Positions 7,070-18,701 of a stretch of 64,000 bases of DNA are shown piece after piece (position 1 is the stretch's first letter; the number at the start of each line of letters is the position of its first letter). Source of the stretch: a virus. The notes beneath the pieces were generated by a model. It saw only the letters and a list, made by a program, of their open reading frames with translations. It did not search any database and was not told where the DNA came from. Made by a program: the position numbers and the translations under genes. The stretch lies in the IMG/VR virus record IMGVR_UViG_3300029305_006221, positions 64,001 through 128,000 of that record. One strand, written 5' to 3'.

Positions 7070-8815
7070 ATGGCGCTACAAGATTTATTAGACCTTACTC
7101 TTGATAGAGGTCAACAAAAAATAGGCTTATCAGAAGAACGCGTTAGGGCGCAATTACCTATAGTCCGCCAGTATGTTGCCTATTGGCGTGAATATCCAGA
7201 TATGTTTGTAGAGTTTCTTTGTGGTCCTAACCCAGAAAATTTTTAGCTTTTCTTTTATTAGCGTCTTTTCCTTAGAGCAGTGATGCGTCATAGATATGCC
7301 TATGCGACGTTTCCAAGAGCCTATTCAAAGAGCTTTTTATCAGTTCTTGTATTGATGCTTAGATGTATTTTATATCCAGGTAGTCATTTATTCGTCACTA
7401 CGGGCGGAAAAGAGCAAGCAGCAGGAATTGCTAAAGAGAAAAGTGATGAACTTTGCAAGCTAATTCCAGGCTTGCGAAACGAGTTAGATATGACAAGAGG
7501 TAAGACTAAAACAAGTAAAGATAACATTGAATTAATATTTAAAAATGGTTCAAAACTTGATATTATGGCAGCGCGCCAGTCTTCGAGAGGTAAGCGTGCT
7601 ACTGGCGGACTTATGGAGGAGTGTATCTTAATTGACTAGACGCTACTGAATGAAGTAATAATTCCCACCCTTAATGTCGACAGGCGATTGGCAGATGGTA
7701 GTCGTATAGAATCGGAAACTGTAAATAAGAGCTAGATCTACGTAACAACAGCGGGTTGGAAAAACAGCTTCGCATATGAAAAACTTATAGAGCTTCTTAT
7801 CCGTTAGATTATATACCCTGATGAAGCCGTTGTTATGGGCGGAACCTGGCGTATTCCAGTTATGGAAAAGCTACTGAAAAAGAGTTTTATTGATGAGCTA
7901 AAGCTTGACGGAACATATAATGATGCATCGTTCTCAAGAGAGTATGAGTCTGAGTGGAGCGGCGATGCTGAGAATGCATTTTTCTCAGCTGAAAAATTTG
8001 ATAAGCACAGGTCGCGCCTATTGCCCGAGTATGAGTATTCAGGCAAAATCTCAAAGAATGGATACTATGTCTTAGGTGTCGACGTAGGTAGATTTAAATG
8101 TACAACCGAGGTTTGTGTATTTAAGGTCTCGCCCCAGGCGCAAGGCGCCGCTATTAAGTCACTTGTTAATCTCTACTCTTATGAAGCAGAGGACTTTGAA
8201 GCACAAGCGATTAAGATTAAAAAATTATTTTACAAATATCGCGCGCGAGTAGCGGCAATCGACGCCAATGGTCTTGGCGCAGGATTAATAGACTTTATGA
8301 CCAAGGCGCAAGAGGATCCTGAATCAGGTGAGTACTTACCTCCTTTTGGAGTGGCTGGAGGAACTTCAGATGAATTCAATGAGCAATATAAGAAGATTAA
8401 AGGCGCAGGAGTGGAAGAGGATGCTATGTATTTAATTAAGGCTAATGCACCTATTAACACAGAAGCTCATACCTATGTACAAACCTAGCTTGTTGGTGGT
8501 AAAATTTAGTTCCTAATTGATGAAGTTACGGCTAAGAACAAGCTTATGACAACCAAGGTGGGACAGGAGATGGATGCTGATAAGCGTGCAGAATATTTAA
8601 AGCCATTTACTTTAACCACTATTTTGCGTGAGCAGCTTTTAAACCTTGTAGAAGACAACGAAGGAACTAATATTATTCTAAAACAATCTTCTCGTAGTAT
8701 TCCTAAGGATAAGTTTTCTGCTTTTGAGTATGGTTTGTATTATATTAAACAAGAAGAAGAGCGATCTAAAAAGAGAAAAAAGAGAAATATATCTCAAATG
8801 ATGTTCTACTCATAA
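7070..8815 (+). CDS. terL: terminase large subunit, 581 aa with 7 TAG codons read as sense
   Basis: MALQDLLDLTLDRGQQKIG... continues through TAG into ORF-track ORFs 7280, 7835 and 8546, all in frame 2. ATPase and nuclease regions typical of large terminases. No TAA or TGA until 8813-8815. Confidence 0.8.
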
Positions 8816-8889
8816 CTAAAATTTTAGGACATTTTTTAATAAAATCGTTATTACAATTTTTATATAACAATAGTAAAGGAGTGAGAAGT

Positions 8890-9246
8890 ATGAAAGCAAG
8901 TCGAGGAGAAATTAAAATATATGATATTTTAACAGCTGAAGGAGTTTCTTTTAAAGAAGAATATTCTTTTCCCGATCTTGTCAGTCATTCTAAAACACCA
9001 CTTCGTTTTGACTTTGCAGTGCTCGACGATGAGGGTGAGGTTGATTTTTTAATTGAGTTTCAAGGAATTCAACATTATGAACCCAAGTCTAAATTTGGTG
9101 GAATCGCTGGATTACGCACTTAGCAGTATTATGATATGCTTAAGAGGGAATACTGTAAAAAACACCGTATTCCCTTAGTTATAATTCCTTATACAGATGA
9201 AAGTATTATAACCTATGATTATATCTTTACTGCCGCGGGTTATTGA
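8890..9246 (+). CDS. DUF559/Vsr-like (PD-(D/E)xK) endonuclease-domain protein, 118 aa. Free-standing homing-endonuclease-like gene between terL and portal
   Basis: AAAGGAG RBS, then ATG 8890. Motif RFDFAVLDDEGEVDFLIEFQGIQHY. One in-frame TAG (9121). Ends at TGA 9244-9246. Confidence 0.5.
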
Positions 9247-9271
9247 CAAAGTTTAAAATTTAAAATATAAT
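9243..9271 (+). promoter_or_regulatory. sigma-70 consensus promoter (TTGACA-17-TATAAT) upstream of portal
   Basis: taTTGACAaagtttaaaatttaaaaTATAATatt. -35 = 9243-9248, -10 = 9266-9271. Confidence 0.7.
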
Positions 9272-9298
9272 ATTAGAAGAAAGAAGAGGTGCTTAAAC

Positions 9299-10891
9299 TT
9301 GGACAGAATGGAAGAAATTCGTAAAAAAGGTTTTGACATGAGCACCCCAAGAAGTATCCCAGTCGAAGGAAATGTTATCCCAGAAATGGAATATGCTAAA
9401 ATGAAAGTTGGAATTAAATCTCTTAATGATGCGGTTATGAATTTAGGCGCATATAAGAAAATTAATCCACAAATGACTAAAGAAAATATTCTGCAGGCGA
9501 TAGCGCGCGGAGATATTGAAACTATGCGAAGCGCCTCAGAGTTTTACTTTAAAATTAGTGGTATTTATTCTAGACTTTGTAAACATTTAGCTAATTTTTA
9601 TAGATATGACTGGACAATTACTCCTTTTACTCCATCAGATAAAGTTACACCAGATAAAATAATTGACGGCTTTAATAAAAGTAGTTATTATTTAAATGAA
9701 TTTGGAGTAAAAGAATTTTTTAGTGAAGTAGCTTTAAAAGTAATGCGCAGAGGATGCTATTATGGATATATTATTCAAGATGGCGATACGGCGCAAATTT
9801 AGGAGCTATTGCCTAAATACTGTAGAGTAAGATATAGCATTAAAGGTAGACCTGCAGTAGAATTCAATATGAAATTCTTTGATGATGAATTTAAAAATGT
9901 TGATTATCGAATGAGAGTCTTGGCAATGTGGCCAAAAGACTTTTAGAAAGGTTATATTGCTTTTAAAGAGGGAAAATTGATACCCGATTTTCCTGGGGAT
10001 ACAGCGGGATGGTATTTGCTTGATATTGAGCATACTTTTAAATTTAATATTAATAATGAAGATTATCCGCCTTTTGTTTCGGTAATTCCACATATTATAG
10101 ATTTGGATGCTGCACAAGAGTTAGATAGAAAAAGAATGGCGTAGAAACTATTAAAAATTATCATTCAAAAAATGCCATTAGATAAAAATGGTGAATTGAT
10201 ATTTGATGTGGATGAAGCGCAAGAACTTCATAATAATGCAGTTAAGATGCTGGGCAAAGCAATTGGTATTGACGTACTTACAACTTTTGCAGATGTTGAA
10301 GTTGCAGATATGGCAGATACTCAAGCCGCAGCAAGTATGGATGAATTGGAAAAAGTTGAAAGATCTGTTTACAATGAATCTGGTACTGCACAAAATTTAT
10401 TTAATACTGATGGCAATATTGCGTTAGAAAAAAGTATTCTTGATGATGAGGCAAATATTTATGGACTCATTCTTCAATTTGAAACATTTTTAAATTATCT
10501 TATTAAACCTTTTAATAAAAATCCAAAAAAGTTGTATTATAAAGTAAATATACTTCCTACAACTATTTATAATTATAAAGATATGTCAAAACTTTATAAA
10601 GAACTTAGCGCAACTGGTGGCTCAAAACTACTTTCAAGTGTTGCTTTAGGGCAGTCTCAAGCTGGTGTAATTGCAACTGCTAAGTTTGAAAATGAAGTTC
10701 TTGATGTAACTGGATTATTCACTTCTAAATAGGCGCAAGAAGAACATAAGGCTAAGATATAGCCTGCTAACACCTAGCCTTCAGGCGCACAATAGGATAA
10801 ACCTGTTGAAAAAAAGAAAACCGGTCGTCCAGAAAAAGCGGATGATCAAAAGTCTGAAAAGACTATTCAAAACAGAGAAGCTATGAGCTGA
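9299..10891 (+). CDS. portal protein, 530 aa with about 8 TAG codons read as sense
   Basis: TTG start at 9299 (next in-frame ATG at 9308). ORF-track ORFs 9299..9802 and 10172..10732 are joined in frame 2 through TAGs. Ends at TGA 10889-10891. Size and position (after terL, before scaffold and capsid) fit a portal. Confidence 0.6.
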
Positions 10892-10907
10892 GGAGAGGAG
10901 AAACATT

Positions 10908-12314
10908 ATGCACAAATCTGTTGCAACGATAAACTCTCCTGAGTTTATCAACTTAACCCCACTTGATATCAATCCTCTTATGAGCGCTTGCGAAATCAAG
11001 GTTCTTTATATTGGTGAAAATAGGAATAGATCCTATATTACCAAAGAAGTAGCCACAGATATGGCGAAAACGCTTAGAGGCGCGCCAATTGTTGGCTATT
11101 ATAAAGAAGAAAAAGAAGATTTTCGAGATCATGGAAAAGAAGTCATCATTGATGATGAGGGTATCAAGTTTAATTGCAAAACTGTTCCTTACGGTTTTGT
11201 AGCTCCAGATGCAAAGGTATGGTTCCAAGAGTTCCAAGATACCAATGATTTTGGAGAAAATATTTTGAGAGAATATCTAATGACTACTGGATATTTGTGG
11301 ACTGGTCAATTTGAAGAATGTAAGTCTGCCGTTGAGAGTGATGGCAAGCCGCAATCAATGGAATTAGATGAAGATTCTTTACAAGGACACTGGGAAACAA
11401 ATACTCGTGGCATGGATTTCTTTATTATAAATGACGCAATTTTTTCAAAACTTTGCATTTTAGGTGATGACATTAAGCCTTGTTTTGAGGGAGCTAGTGT
11501 AACAGCACTAAATGTTAGTGCGTCTTTTACTAAAGTTGATGATAACTTTAGACAAACATTATTTACGATGATGCAGGATTTAAAAACTGCATTAGAAGGA
11601 GGTCAGCAAATGATAGACACAATCGTCGATCCTGTTGTTGTCGAAGAGCCGGTTGTTGAGCCTGCTGCAGAACCTGTAGTTGAGTCAGTAACTGAGCCCA
11701 TTGATGGCGCAGAACCTTCATCTGCTGCATCTGAAGAGCCTGTTGTTGAAGAAGCGCCTATCGCTGTTGAAGAACCGGTAGCTGAGCCTGTTGCTGAGGA
11801 GCCTGTAGCTGAACCAGCGGTTGAGCCAGAGCCTATTGTAGAACCTACTCCAATAGATCCTGAACCAACTCCCGCGCCTTCTATTGAAGAACAGTATACG
11901 GCATTGCAAGAAACTCTTGAAACAGTAAGAGCTGAATATTCTGCTCTTGAGTCTCAGTATAGTGAGCTTCAATCTAGATACACAGAGCTTGAAACTGCAC
12001 ATGCAGAACTTGTTGAATTTAAAAGACAAAGTGACGATGCAAAGAAAGATGAAATGATTAATAAATTCTATATGCTTAGCGATGAAGATAAGGCAGAAGT
12101 CATTTCTAACAAAGCTAATTACACTGTAGAAGATATTGAAGAAAAACTTTCTGTAATTTGTTTCAGAAAAAAGGTCAATTTTGATTTAGAGGATTCCTCT
12201 AAAAATAATAATAAAATAGAGCAGCCAGCTGTGACATTTAATGTGTCTGATCCTGGTGCTTCAAAACCTGAGTGGCTTATTGCAGTTGAAAATGTAATGG
12301 CTAAAAATATTTAA
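10908..12314 (+). CDS. scaffolding-like or minor head protein with a Glu/Pro/Val-rich repeat linker and a C-terminal coiled coil, 468 aa
   Basis: Intact ORF with no TAG. Repeats of the EPVVEPAAEPVVE type followed by heptad-like ALESQYSELQSRYTELE. Confidence 0.5.
   Translation: MHKSVATINSPEFINLTPLDINPLMSACEIKVLYIGENRNRSYITKEVATDMAKTLRGAPIVGYYKEEKEDFRDHGKEVIIDDEGIKFNCKTVPYGFVAPDAKVWFQEFQDTNDFGENILREYLMTTGYLWTGQFEECKSAVESDGKPQSMELDEDSLQGHWETNTRGMDFFIINDAIFSKLCILGDDIKPCFEGASVTALNVSASFTKVDDNFRQTLFTMMQDLKTALEGGQQMIDTIVDPVVVEEPVVEPAAEPVVESVTEPIDGAEPSSAASEEPVVEEAPIAVEEPVAEPVAEEPVAEPAVEPEPIVEPTPIDPEPTPAPSIEEQYTALQETLETVRAEYSALESQYSELQSRYTELETAHAELVEFKRQSDDAKKDEMINKFYMLSDEDKAEVISNKANYTVEDIEEKLSVICFRKKVNFDLEDSSKNNNKIEQPAVTFNVSDPGASKPEWLIAVENVMAKNI
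11627..11880 (+). repeat. imperfect tandem ~15-nt coding repeats (GAGCCTGTTGTTGAA-like) encoding the EP(V/A)VE linker
   Basis: Visible as reiterated gagcctgt(t/a)g(t/c)tga(a/g) units. Confidence 0.6.
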
Positions 12315-12338
12315 GTTTAATTAAGGAGGACATATAGC

Positions 12339-12869
12339 ATGGCTACTATTAAGCGTATTGGATTTGGTCAGGTAGAGCCTAACCATCTATCCGCTCAAAG
12401 AAACGGTCAGGTTTACGCATCTCTCCCTTGTAACAAGGATATTAAGATCCTTGAGAATGGTCAGTTCGTAAAATATGACTATGCTACAAACGGTGGCGAA
12501 ATTAACTTTACTGGCAAGGGCGAGTGGATGCTCGTTATGAATGAAGTAAAGCTTTATGATGATTCTTGGAGAGAGTCTTACAAGGATTTTGCTCTTCAAG
12601 CTGATAATTTTAATGGTGGTGTAATGGCGCCAAGAGTTCTTAAGACTATGCCTGGTGACATTTATACTACAAACTGCCTTGAGGGCGCAAATACCTCTGG
12701 CAAGGCTGTTTTTGAAGGTACTGAGGAAATCGACGTTGGTACTGAGCTTAAGATCAATGATGAAGGATTCCTTTCTACTGCAGGAACTAGCGATATCGTA
12801 TTCCAAGTTGTTAAAGTTTACACAATGCCTGACGGTCAACAGGGCGTTAAGGTAATGCGTATTAAATAA
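12339..12869 (+). CDS. head protein, possibly a decoration or minor capsid protein, 176 aa
   Basis: Intact ORF with no TAG. Strong AAGGAGG RBS. Lies between the scaffold-like gene and the major capsid gene. Confidence 0.45.
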   Translation: MATIKRIGFGQVEPNHLSAQRNGQVYASLPCNKDIKILENGQFVKYDYATNGGEINFTGKGEWMLVMNEVKLYDDSWRESYKDFALQADNFNGGVMAPRVLKTMPGDIYTTNCLEGANTSGKAVFEGTEEIDVGTELKINDEGFLSTAGTSDIVFQVVKVYTMPDGQQGVKVMRIK

Positions 12870-12886
12870 TAAGGGAGGGAATAATA

Positions 12887-13939
12887 ATGGCATTAAATAG
12901 AAATAGTTTATTTACATTAGCACACAAAGTTGCTGACGCTAATCCTTCTGCTCCCGTTGCTTATTCTTTCGAGAATAAGAACTATAGTTATGCAGATCTT
13001 GATAACACTCTTCGTGAAGAGCTTAATAGTCTTATTGGAACGTATGCTCTTTGGAGAGAGAATCACAATATTGTATTCGCACTTATGGAGGAAATTATCA
13101 CAGATAAGCTTCCTGCTAAGGTAATGCAGCAATATGGCGCATTTGCTGAAGTTAAAACATATAGACAAGGCGAAAAACCAATCTTTACACAGAAGATCAC
13201 AGAAGCTTCTCGCAGACGTGCAAAGCAGTTTATTGCAATGCCTGCAGGACTTGCTGGTCGTTACGAAGTATTCAAACTTGATGGACGTAGCTACGAAGTT
13301 AAGACTTCTGCTATGGCTGCTGCTTGTCAGATCGCTATCGAGGAATATCTTGATGGACGTGTTGACATGGCTACTCTTATCGACATCGTTATGGAAGGTA
13401 TGGATGATAGAATCTATGCTGAGATAGCAAGTTGTCTAATTGCTGCTGTTGATACAATTCAGCCTGCAAACAAGTTTGAAGGCGCAAGTTTCATCGAAGC
13501 TGAAATGGATTCTCTTCTTGCCGTAGCTGACTCTTATGGAAATGGTAGATCTACAATTTATTGCACTTTTGAGTTTGCTTCGCAAATGCTTCCTGATAAT
13601 GCTTGGGAAAAGGGCAAGATGTCTGACTCTATGAAGGACGAGTACTGGGCAAATGGTAGACTTGCAGGTTATAAGGGTCACCAAGTAATTGTTCTTCGCC
13701 AGTCTTATGTTGACGAGACCAACTCGAAGAAAGTTATTGATCCTGCATACGCATGGATTATTCCTGGCGGAGCTGAGAAGCCTATTAAGATTGCCTTTGA
13801 AGGCGATACAATGATTAAAGAAGAGGACAATGACGACTGGTCTAAGAGCATCCATTTCTATAAGAAAGTCGGAGTTGCCACAATGATTAATAATGATATT
13901 TGTGTTTATAAGAACACATCTCTCACTATTGATAGATAA
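12887..13939 (+). CDS. major capsid protein, 350 aa
   Basis: Intact ORF with no TAG. GGGAGGG RBS. Typical size and position. Followed by a strong terminator. Confidence 0.6.
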   Translation: MALNRNSLFTLAHKVADANPSAPVAYSFENKNYSYADLDNTLREELNSLIGTYALWRENHNIVFALMEEIITDKLPAKVMQQYGAFAEVKTYRQGEKPIFTQKITEASRRRAKQFIAMPAGLAGRYEVFKLDGRSYEVKTSAMAAACQIAIEEYLDGRVDMATLIDIVMEGMDDRIYAEIASCLIAAVDTIQPANKFEGASFIEAEMDSLLAVADSYGNGRSTIYCTFEFASQMLPDNAWEKGKMSDSMKDEYWANGRLAGYKGHQVIVLRQSYVDETNSKKVIDPAYAWIIPGGAEKPIKIAFEGDTMIKEEDNDDWSKSIHFYKKVGVATMINNDICVYKNTSLTIDR

Positions 13940-13959
13940 TTAATAAACTGAACTTTAAC

Positions 13960-13995
13960 GAGGGAAGTGAAGGAAACTTCCTTCCCTCTTAATTT
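13960..13995 (+). terminator. rho-independent terminator after the capsid gene
   Basis: GAGGGAAG-tgaaggaaacttc-CTTCCCTC then TTAATTT. Confidence 0.6.
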
Positions 13996-14022
13996 CAAAA
14001 GGAGATAAAAGGAGATTATTAT

Positions 14023-14598
14023 ATGATAGCTAACACAGATAAAATTAGAGTTGAAAATAGGGCTAATGCAATTGTTGCATATGTAGTTCCAGAGTCTAAT
14101 ATAATTAGACGTTTTGTTCCAGGAGAAACTAAAGAGATTACTATGAATGAATTGCGCCAAGCTGTTCAAATACCTGGAATTTATCGTTTAATTGAAAGCA
14201 ATTTAATTATTCACAGTAAGGAAGCGGCTGATGAACTTCTTCCTGGAGTAGAGCCTGAGTATTTTTATAATGCAAAAGATGTAGATTATCTACTTGAGCG
14301 CGCAACCCTTGATCAATTAAGAGATGCTCTTGATTTTGCGCCTGAAGGCGTTGTTGAACTTATTAAGGAAAGAGCTGTAAAAACTAAACTTAATGACGTT
14401 CGTAAAAGAGAAATTATTCTTGAGCAAACTAATTTCGATGTAACAAAAGCAATAGAAATTCAACATCTAAGTGAAACAGAAATAAAAACAGAAACTAGAA
14501 CAAGACGTGCTGCGCCTTTGACAGAAGAGGCTCAAAATAACGAGCCTGAGATGCCGGTTAGACGCGCTGCCGCACCTAAATATACCGTTATAAAATAA
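14023..14598 (+). CDS. hypothetical head-associated protein, 191 aa
   Basis: Intact ORF with no TAG. Ends at TAA 14596-14598. Confidence 0.5.
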   Translation: MIANTDKIRVENRANAIVAYVVPESNIIRRFVPGETKEITMNELRQAVQIPGIYRLIESNLIIHSKEAADELLPGVEPEYFYNAKDVDYLLERATLDQLRDALDFAPEGVVELIKERAVKTKLNDVRKREIILEQTNFDVTKAIEIQHLSETEIKTETRTRRAAPLTEEAQNNEPEMPVRRAAAPKYTVIK

Positions 14599-14615
14599 AA
14601 ATAGGAGGTGTTATT

Positions 14616-15092
14616 ATGCCAATAGCATCAACACCTTTTTCCGCAGTATATGATAAATTTTTATCAAAAGTAACTGATGATATGTATATGGAGCTTACTG
14701 TTGAAGAAACTAACAATCTTCTTTTTGAGTTGCTTCAAAGTGCATTACCTTGGTTTGAGTTTCCACGTGTAGATTTGAGTGCTAGAACTGATACTGAATT
14801 TTTAGTTTAGCTATCAGAAGAAGAGCTGAATATTATTGCTACTTATATGATTGTTGAATGGATGGGTCAATAGTTAGCAACTATTGAATTAATTCGAATG
14901 AAATATAGCGGTAGTGATTTTAAGTTTACATCTTAGGCAAATCATATGCATAAGCTTAAAGATTTGCAAAAAGAATATGAAAGAAAAGGATTTCATTTAC
15001 AAAGATTATACAAGCGGAGAAAAGCAGATAGTAAAGGTATTATGAGATCTACTTTTGGTAGTATTATGGAGTCTTCTTTTAAGGGGGACTAA
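14616..15092 (+). CDS. head-tail connector or adaptor-like protein, 158 aa with 3 TAG read as sense
   Basis: AGGAGG RBS, then ATG 14616. Open through TAG at 14808, 14871 and 14934 to TAA 15090-15092. Confidence 0.45.
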
Positions 15093-15095
15093 TTA

Positions 15096-15407
15096 ATGAT
15101 ACTAAAATATGGATTTGATATAGAATTAGAGGCGATTAAAGCCAATCTTGCTCGTCTTACTAATTAGATATATAAGTTATTGCCATTACGCGAAGAGGGA
15201 CATGATTGGCAAAAACCTCTTGAAACGATAATGGAAGAGCTTGCAGGAATGGATAGGTTATTTCTCGATCAATAGTCTAATCTTTATAAATTAACCTGTA
15301 AGTTAGAAGGATTGTTTTCCCTTGAAGCAAAAAGTGATTTTATGCTATATCGCGGAGTTATTTTTGAATGCTTGGGAATAATAGGAGAATTATAGAAATG
15401 TCTTTGA
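15096..15407 (+). CDS. hypothetical structural protein, 103 aa with 3 TAG
   Basis: ATG 15096 four nt after the upstream stop. Ends at TGA 15405-15407. Confidence 0.4.
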
Positions 15408-16342
15408 ATAATTTGAAAGCTAGACTTAATTATTATGGCGGCAAGTAGTAGGTAGATCGAATGATTGAGGATAAAGAGCGTAGTTTTAGAAATTCTCTAT
15501 GGCGCGCTTATCAATCAGCCACTGCAGTATTACAAGATGGTAGAGAGTTTAGATGTTTAATAAATCCAAATAAACTTAGCATGGAACTAGATGATAAAAT
15601 GTTGTCTATTCCATTTAAAGATATATGTTTAAATAAGGCGCCGGGCGCCGATGGTAAAACTTCAGTTGCCAAAGAAGATATAGGAGTAAAATGTGGAGAT
15701 GTTATTACTTGGAAAGAAAATAATACACATTGGATCGTGTATTCATAGTATTTACAAGAAGTAGCATATTTCAGAGGACTAATGAGAGAATGTGAGAATG
15801 AGCCATTAACTATTAATGGTAAAGATTATTACTATTATCTTAAAGGACCTGATGAAAAAGGTATCGATTGGCAAAAAACTAAGCATTTTGTTTTTAATGA
15901 ACTTAATTATAATATAGAAATTTATATTTCTAATGATTAGATAACAAATTAGTTCTTTCAAAGATTTAAAAAATGTAATATAAAAGGAAAACCTTATGAA
16001 GTATAGGCAGTAGATAGACTTACTACAGAAGGTATTTTAACAATTTACTTAAAAGAAGATTTTGGCAATAATTGGGAGCAAACAGATATTATTGAAGAGC
16101 CAGATGATTCTTTAATTATTGGTCCTAAAGAAGTTTATCCTTTTGATATAGTTTCATATTCTATTCAAGATTAGAGTGATGGAACTTGGTCGATTAGTAA
16201 TAAACGAGCGTCAATTATTGAATAGGATGGTTCTTTTGTAAAAATTGAAATCATCACTGGAAAAAGTGGAGATTTTAGTTTAATATATAAAAAAGACGGT
16301 ATTGAAGATATTGTAAAAAATATTAAAATACTATCATTGTGA
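15398..16342 (+). CDS. hypothetical structural protein, 314 aa with about 8 TAG
   Basis: ATG 15398 overlaps the upstream gene. Frame 2 is open through ORF-track ORF 15461..15748 to TGA 16340-16342. Confidence 0.45.
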
Positions 16343-16359
16343 GATAAAAGGAGCGTATT

Positions 16360-16944
16360 ATGAAGAGAGATTTAGTTTTAACATAGCCTATTACATCTTC
16401 ATTTTTATCTTGTGAAAAAGACACTGAATTGATATTGCGAAAACTTTTTGTTGAAAGCAGACCTTATAGCGATATTTTAAAAAGATTATTAGTGCTACCG
16501 GTTAAAGATTGTATTAGTAATTTTGAAAATATTGAATATAAGCAAAAAATTGATTCTATGTCCGTAGCAAAGCTAAGAGAAGATGGATATATAGTTCTTG
16601 AACCTCGTCTACCTTTTTACGAACATGAAGAAATAAAGTCTTATATTATATTAAGTTTTGATCATTTTACACCTAACGCAAACAATCCTGAATTTAGAGA
16701 TTGTACTGTAAATTTTGATATTATATGTCATACCAAGCATTGGGATTTAGGAAATTTTCAAATGCGTCCTTTAAAGATAGCTGGCTATATAGATGGTATT
16801 TTAAATAGAAGCAAGCTTTCTGGAATAGGAGAGTTTAATTTTCTAGGATGTAAAGAATTAGTTATTAATCAAGACTTTTCTGGATATTTATTATCATATA
16901 GGGCTATTCATGGATCAGATGACTAGATAATAAATGAAAAATAA
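16360..16944 (+). CDS. hypothetical structural protein, 194 aa with 2 TAG
   Basis: AAAAGGAG RBS, then ATG 16360. Includes ORF-track ORF 16429..16926. Ends at TAA 16942-16944. Confidence 0.5.
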
Positions 16945-17683
16945 TTTACTTTTACTCTCTGGAGCAGATATCCCTTTTATCGAAGGTACCGCAACAATTC
17001 ATTAGCCCACTATTTATGAAATTTCATTAATTGGAGAAGAAGCATTATTTTCAGGCTGTGAATTATTACGGTTTTCAAAAGATATATTATCAACTGAGGA
17101 CAAAACTAGATTATCTAATTATACAGATTTTAATATATTAATGTCAATAATGAATGATAACAGTGCCTCAGTTAAATCTAATGTATCTGATGCAAAACAA
17201 GTATTATAGTTAATTTTTCCGCAATATGAAGTAGTGATTAATCAAAAAGAAATTTTACTACTTGATGTAAATGATAAATTTACGCTATGTGGACAAATTA
17301 ATGATATTAATTTTCTTTAGTTTAAAGAAGTCATTTCAGAGATATTTTGTTTGAAATAGACTTCTTCTACACAAGATTATAATGTGTAGGGAGAATTAGC
17401 GAAAAAGATTGCAGAAAAGTTTAAACGCAGACAACAATAGCTTGCCGAGTTATCTCCAAAGTCTGATAAAAAAATCTCAATCTTTAGTAGATATATTTCT
17501 ATACTAACAGTTGGAGAGCATAAAGATATGAATTCTTTTATGAAGTACACTGTTTATCAACTTTTTGACGAGTTCTAGCGTTTTTAGCTTAAAATGGGTT
17601 ATGATATTTATTTTAAAGCGCGAATGGCTGGGGCAAAAGATATGAAAGAGCCTGAAGATTGGATGAAAGACATCCATGAATAA
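16934..17683 (+). CDS. hypothetical structural protein, 249 aa with about 8 TAG
   Basis: ATG 16934 overlaps the upstream stop. Frame 2 is open to TAA 17681-17683. Confidence 0.45.
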
Positions 17684-17732
17684 GGTTTATAGTATTTTAC
17701 TTAAAAAATAACTTTAAGGAGGACACAAACAT

Positions 17733-18635
17733 ATGAAGTTTGGTGTACGCGAAATATGCGATGTCGTATTTAAGGCTAAAGCAAAAGTCAAAATTGGTGG
17801 AATTGAGTTCCAACCTGGACAACCTGTTCTTTATATTGACTCTGCTAAGACATCTACAATTGAGGGCGCAGCTACTACAGTATATGCTCAGGGTGGCCGC
17901 GGAAATACTCGTTTAATTGCTTGGGAAGGCGAAAAAACTCTTACATTTACTGTTGAAGATGCACTTCTTTCTCCTATGGGATTTGCAATTCTTTCTGGAG
18001 CTGGTCTTTTAAAAGGAACAGATGCAGAGAAGGTAAATGTTCATACCACAACTATGGCTTATGCAGATGATGATGGTAAGATTGATCTTGCTGATGCTCT
18101 TGGCGCAGATAGCTTTAGTTCTGATCCAGATGCGAAGATTTATGTTCTTCCTGTTGCAGCAGATGGATCTTTAAATGGTAAACCTGTTCTTGGTGTTAAA
18201 GGAGAGGAAGCAGATGCTAAAACTGTTACTGCTACTGGCGTAAAGGGAGCTTGTTTTGTAGATTATTATATTGAGAAGACAAGCGATAAGGTTTCTGAGC
18301 TTCAAATAGATGCGGAAAACTTTGCTGGTTACTACTACGTAGAGGCTAGTACGCTCTTTAGACGTCAAGACAATGGTAAGGATATGCCTGCTGAAATTAC
18401 ATTCCCTAATGTTAAGATTCAGTCTAACTTTACATTCTCTATGGCTTCTACGGGAGATCCTTCAACATTTACATTCACAATGGATGCAATGCCTGGATAT
18501 ACCTATTTTGAACCTACTCGTAAAGTTCTTTGCGCAATTCAGATCGTTGAAGATACTTCTGATATCGAGGATATTAAGACAGTATTCCCTGTTAATAGTG
18601 AAGATAACTTTGCAGACGATAACTCAATAGTATAA
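17733..18635 (+). CDS. major tail protein (tail tube), 300 aa
   Basis: Intact ORF with no TAG. AAGGAGG RBS. Followed by a strong terminator and then by genes leading into the tape measure. Confidence 0.55.
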   Translation: MKFGVREICDVVFKAKAKVKIGGIEFQPGQPVLYIDSAKTSTIEGAATTVYAQGGRGNTRLIAWEGEKTLTFTVEDALLSPMGFAILSGAGLLKGTDAEKVNVHTTTMAYADDDGKIDLADALGADSFSSDPDAKIYVLPVAADGSLNGKPVLGVKGEEADAKTVTATGVKGACFVDYYIEKTSDKVSELQIDAENFAGYYYVEASTLFRRQDNGKDMPAEITFPNVKIQSNFTFSMASTGDPSTFTFTMDAMPGYTYFEPTRKVLCAIQIVEDTSDIEDIKTVFPVNSEDNFADDNSIV

Positions 18636-18659
18636 TTATTAAATAATTAATGGTAGGAA

Positions 18660-18689
18660 GGCGGCGCCAATCGGTGCCGCCTTTTATTT
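18660..18689 (+). terminator. rho-independent terminator after the major tail gene
   Basis: GGCGGCGCC-aatc-GGTGCCGCC then TTTTATTT. Confidence 0.7.
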
Positions 18690-18701
18690 AAGGAGGTAAA
18701 A

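Noticed and set aside
10953-13855. Antisense ORFs inside structural genes (10953..11237, 11718..12029, 12387..12893, 12917..13168, 13436..13855; similarly 40294..40914, 42341..42664, 43004..43396, 39148..39516)
   Set aside because: They lie opposite well-supported capsid, scaffold or fibre genes, lack RBSs, and have low-complexity translations (Arg/Phe/Ser-rich reverse reads of GAA/GCT-rich coding sequence). They are shadow ORFs.
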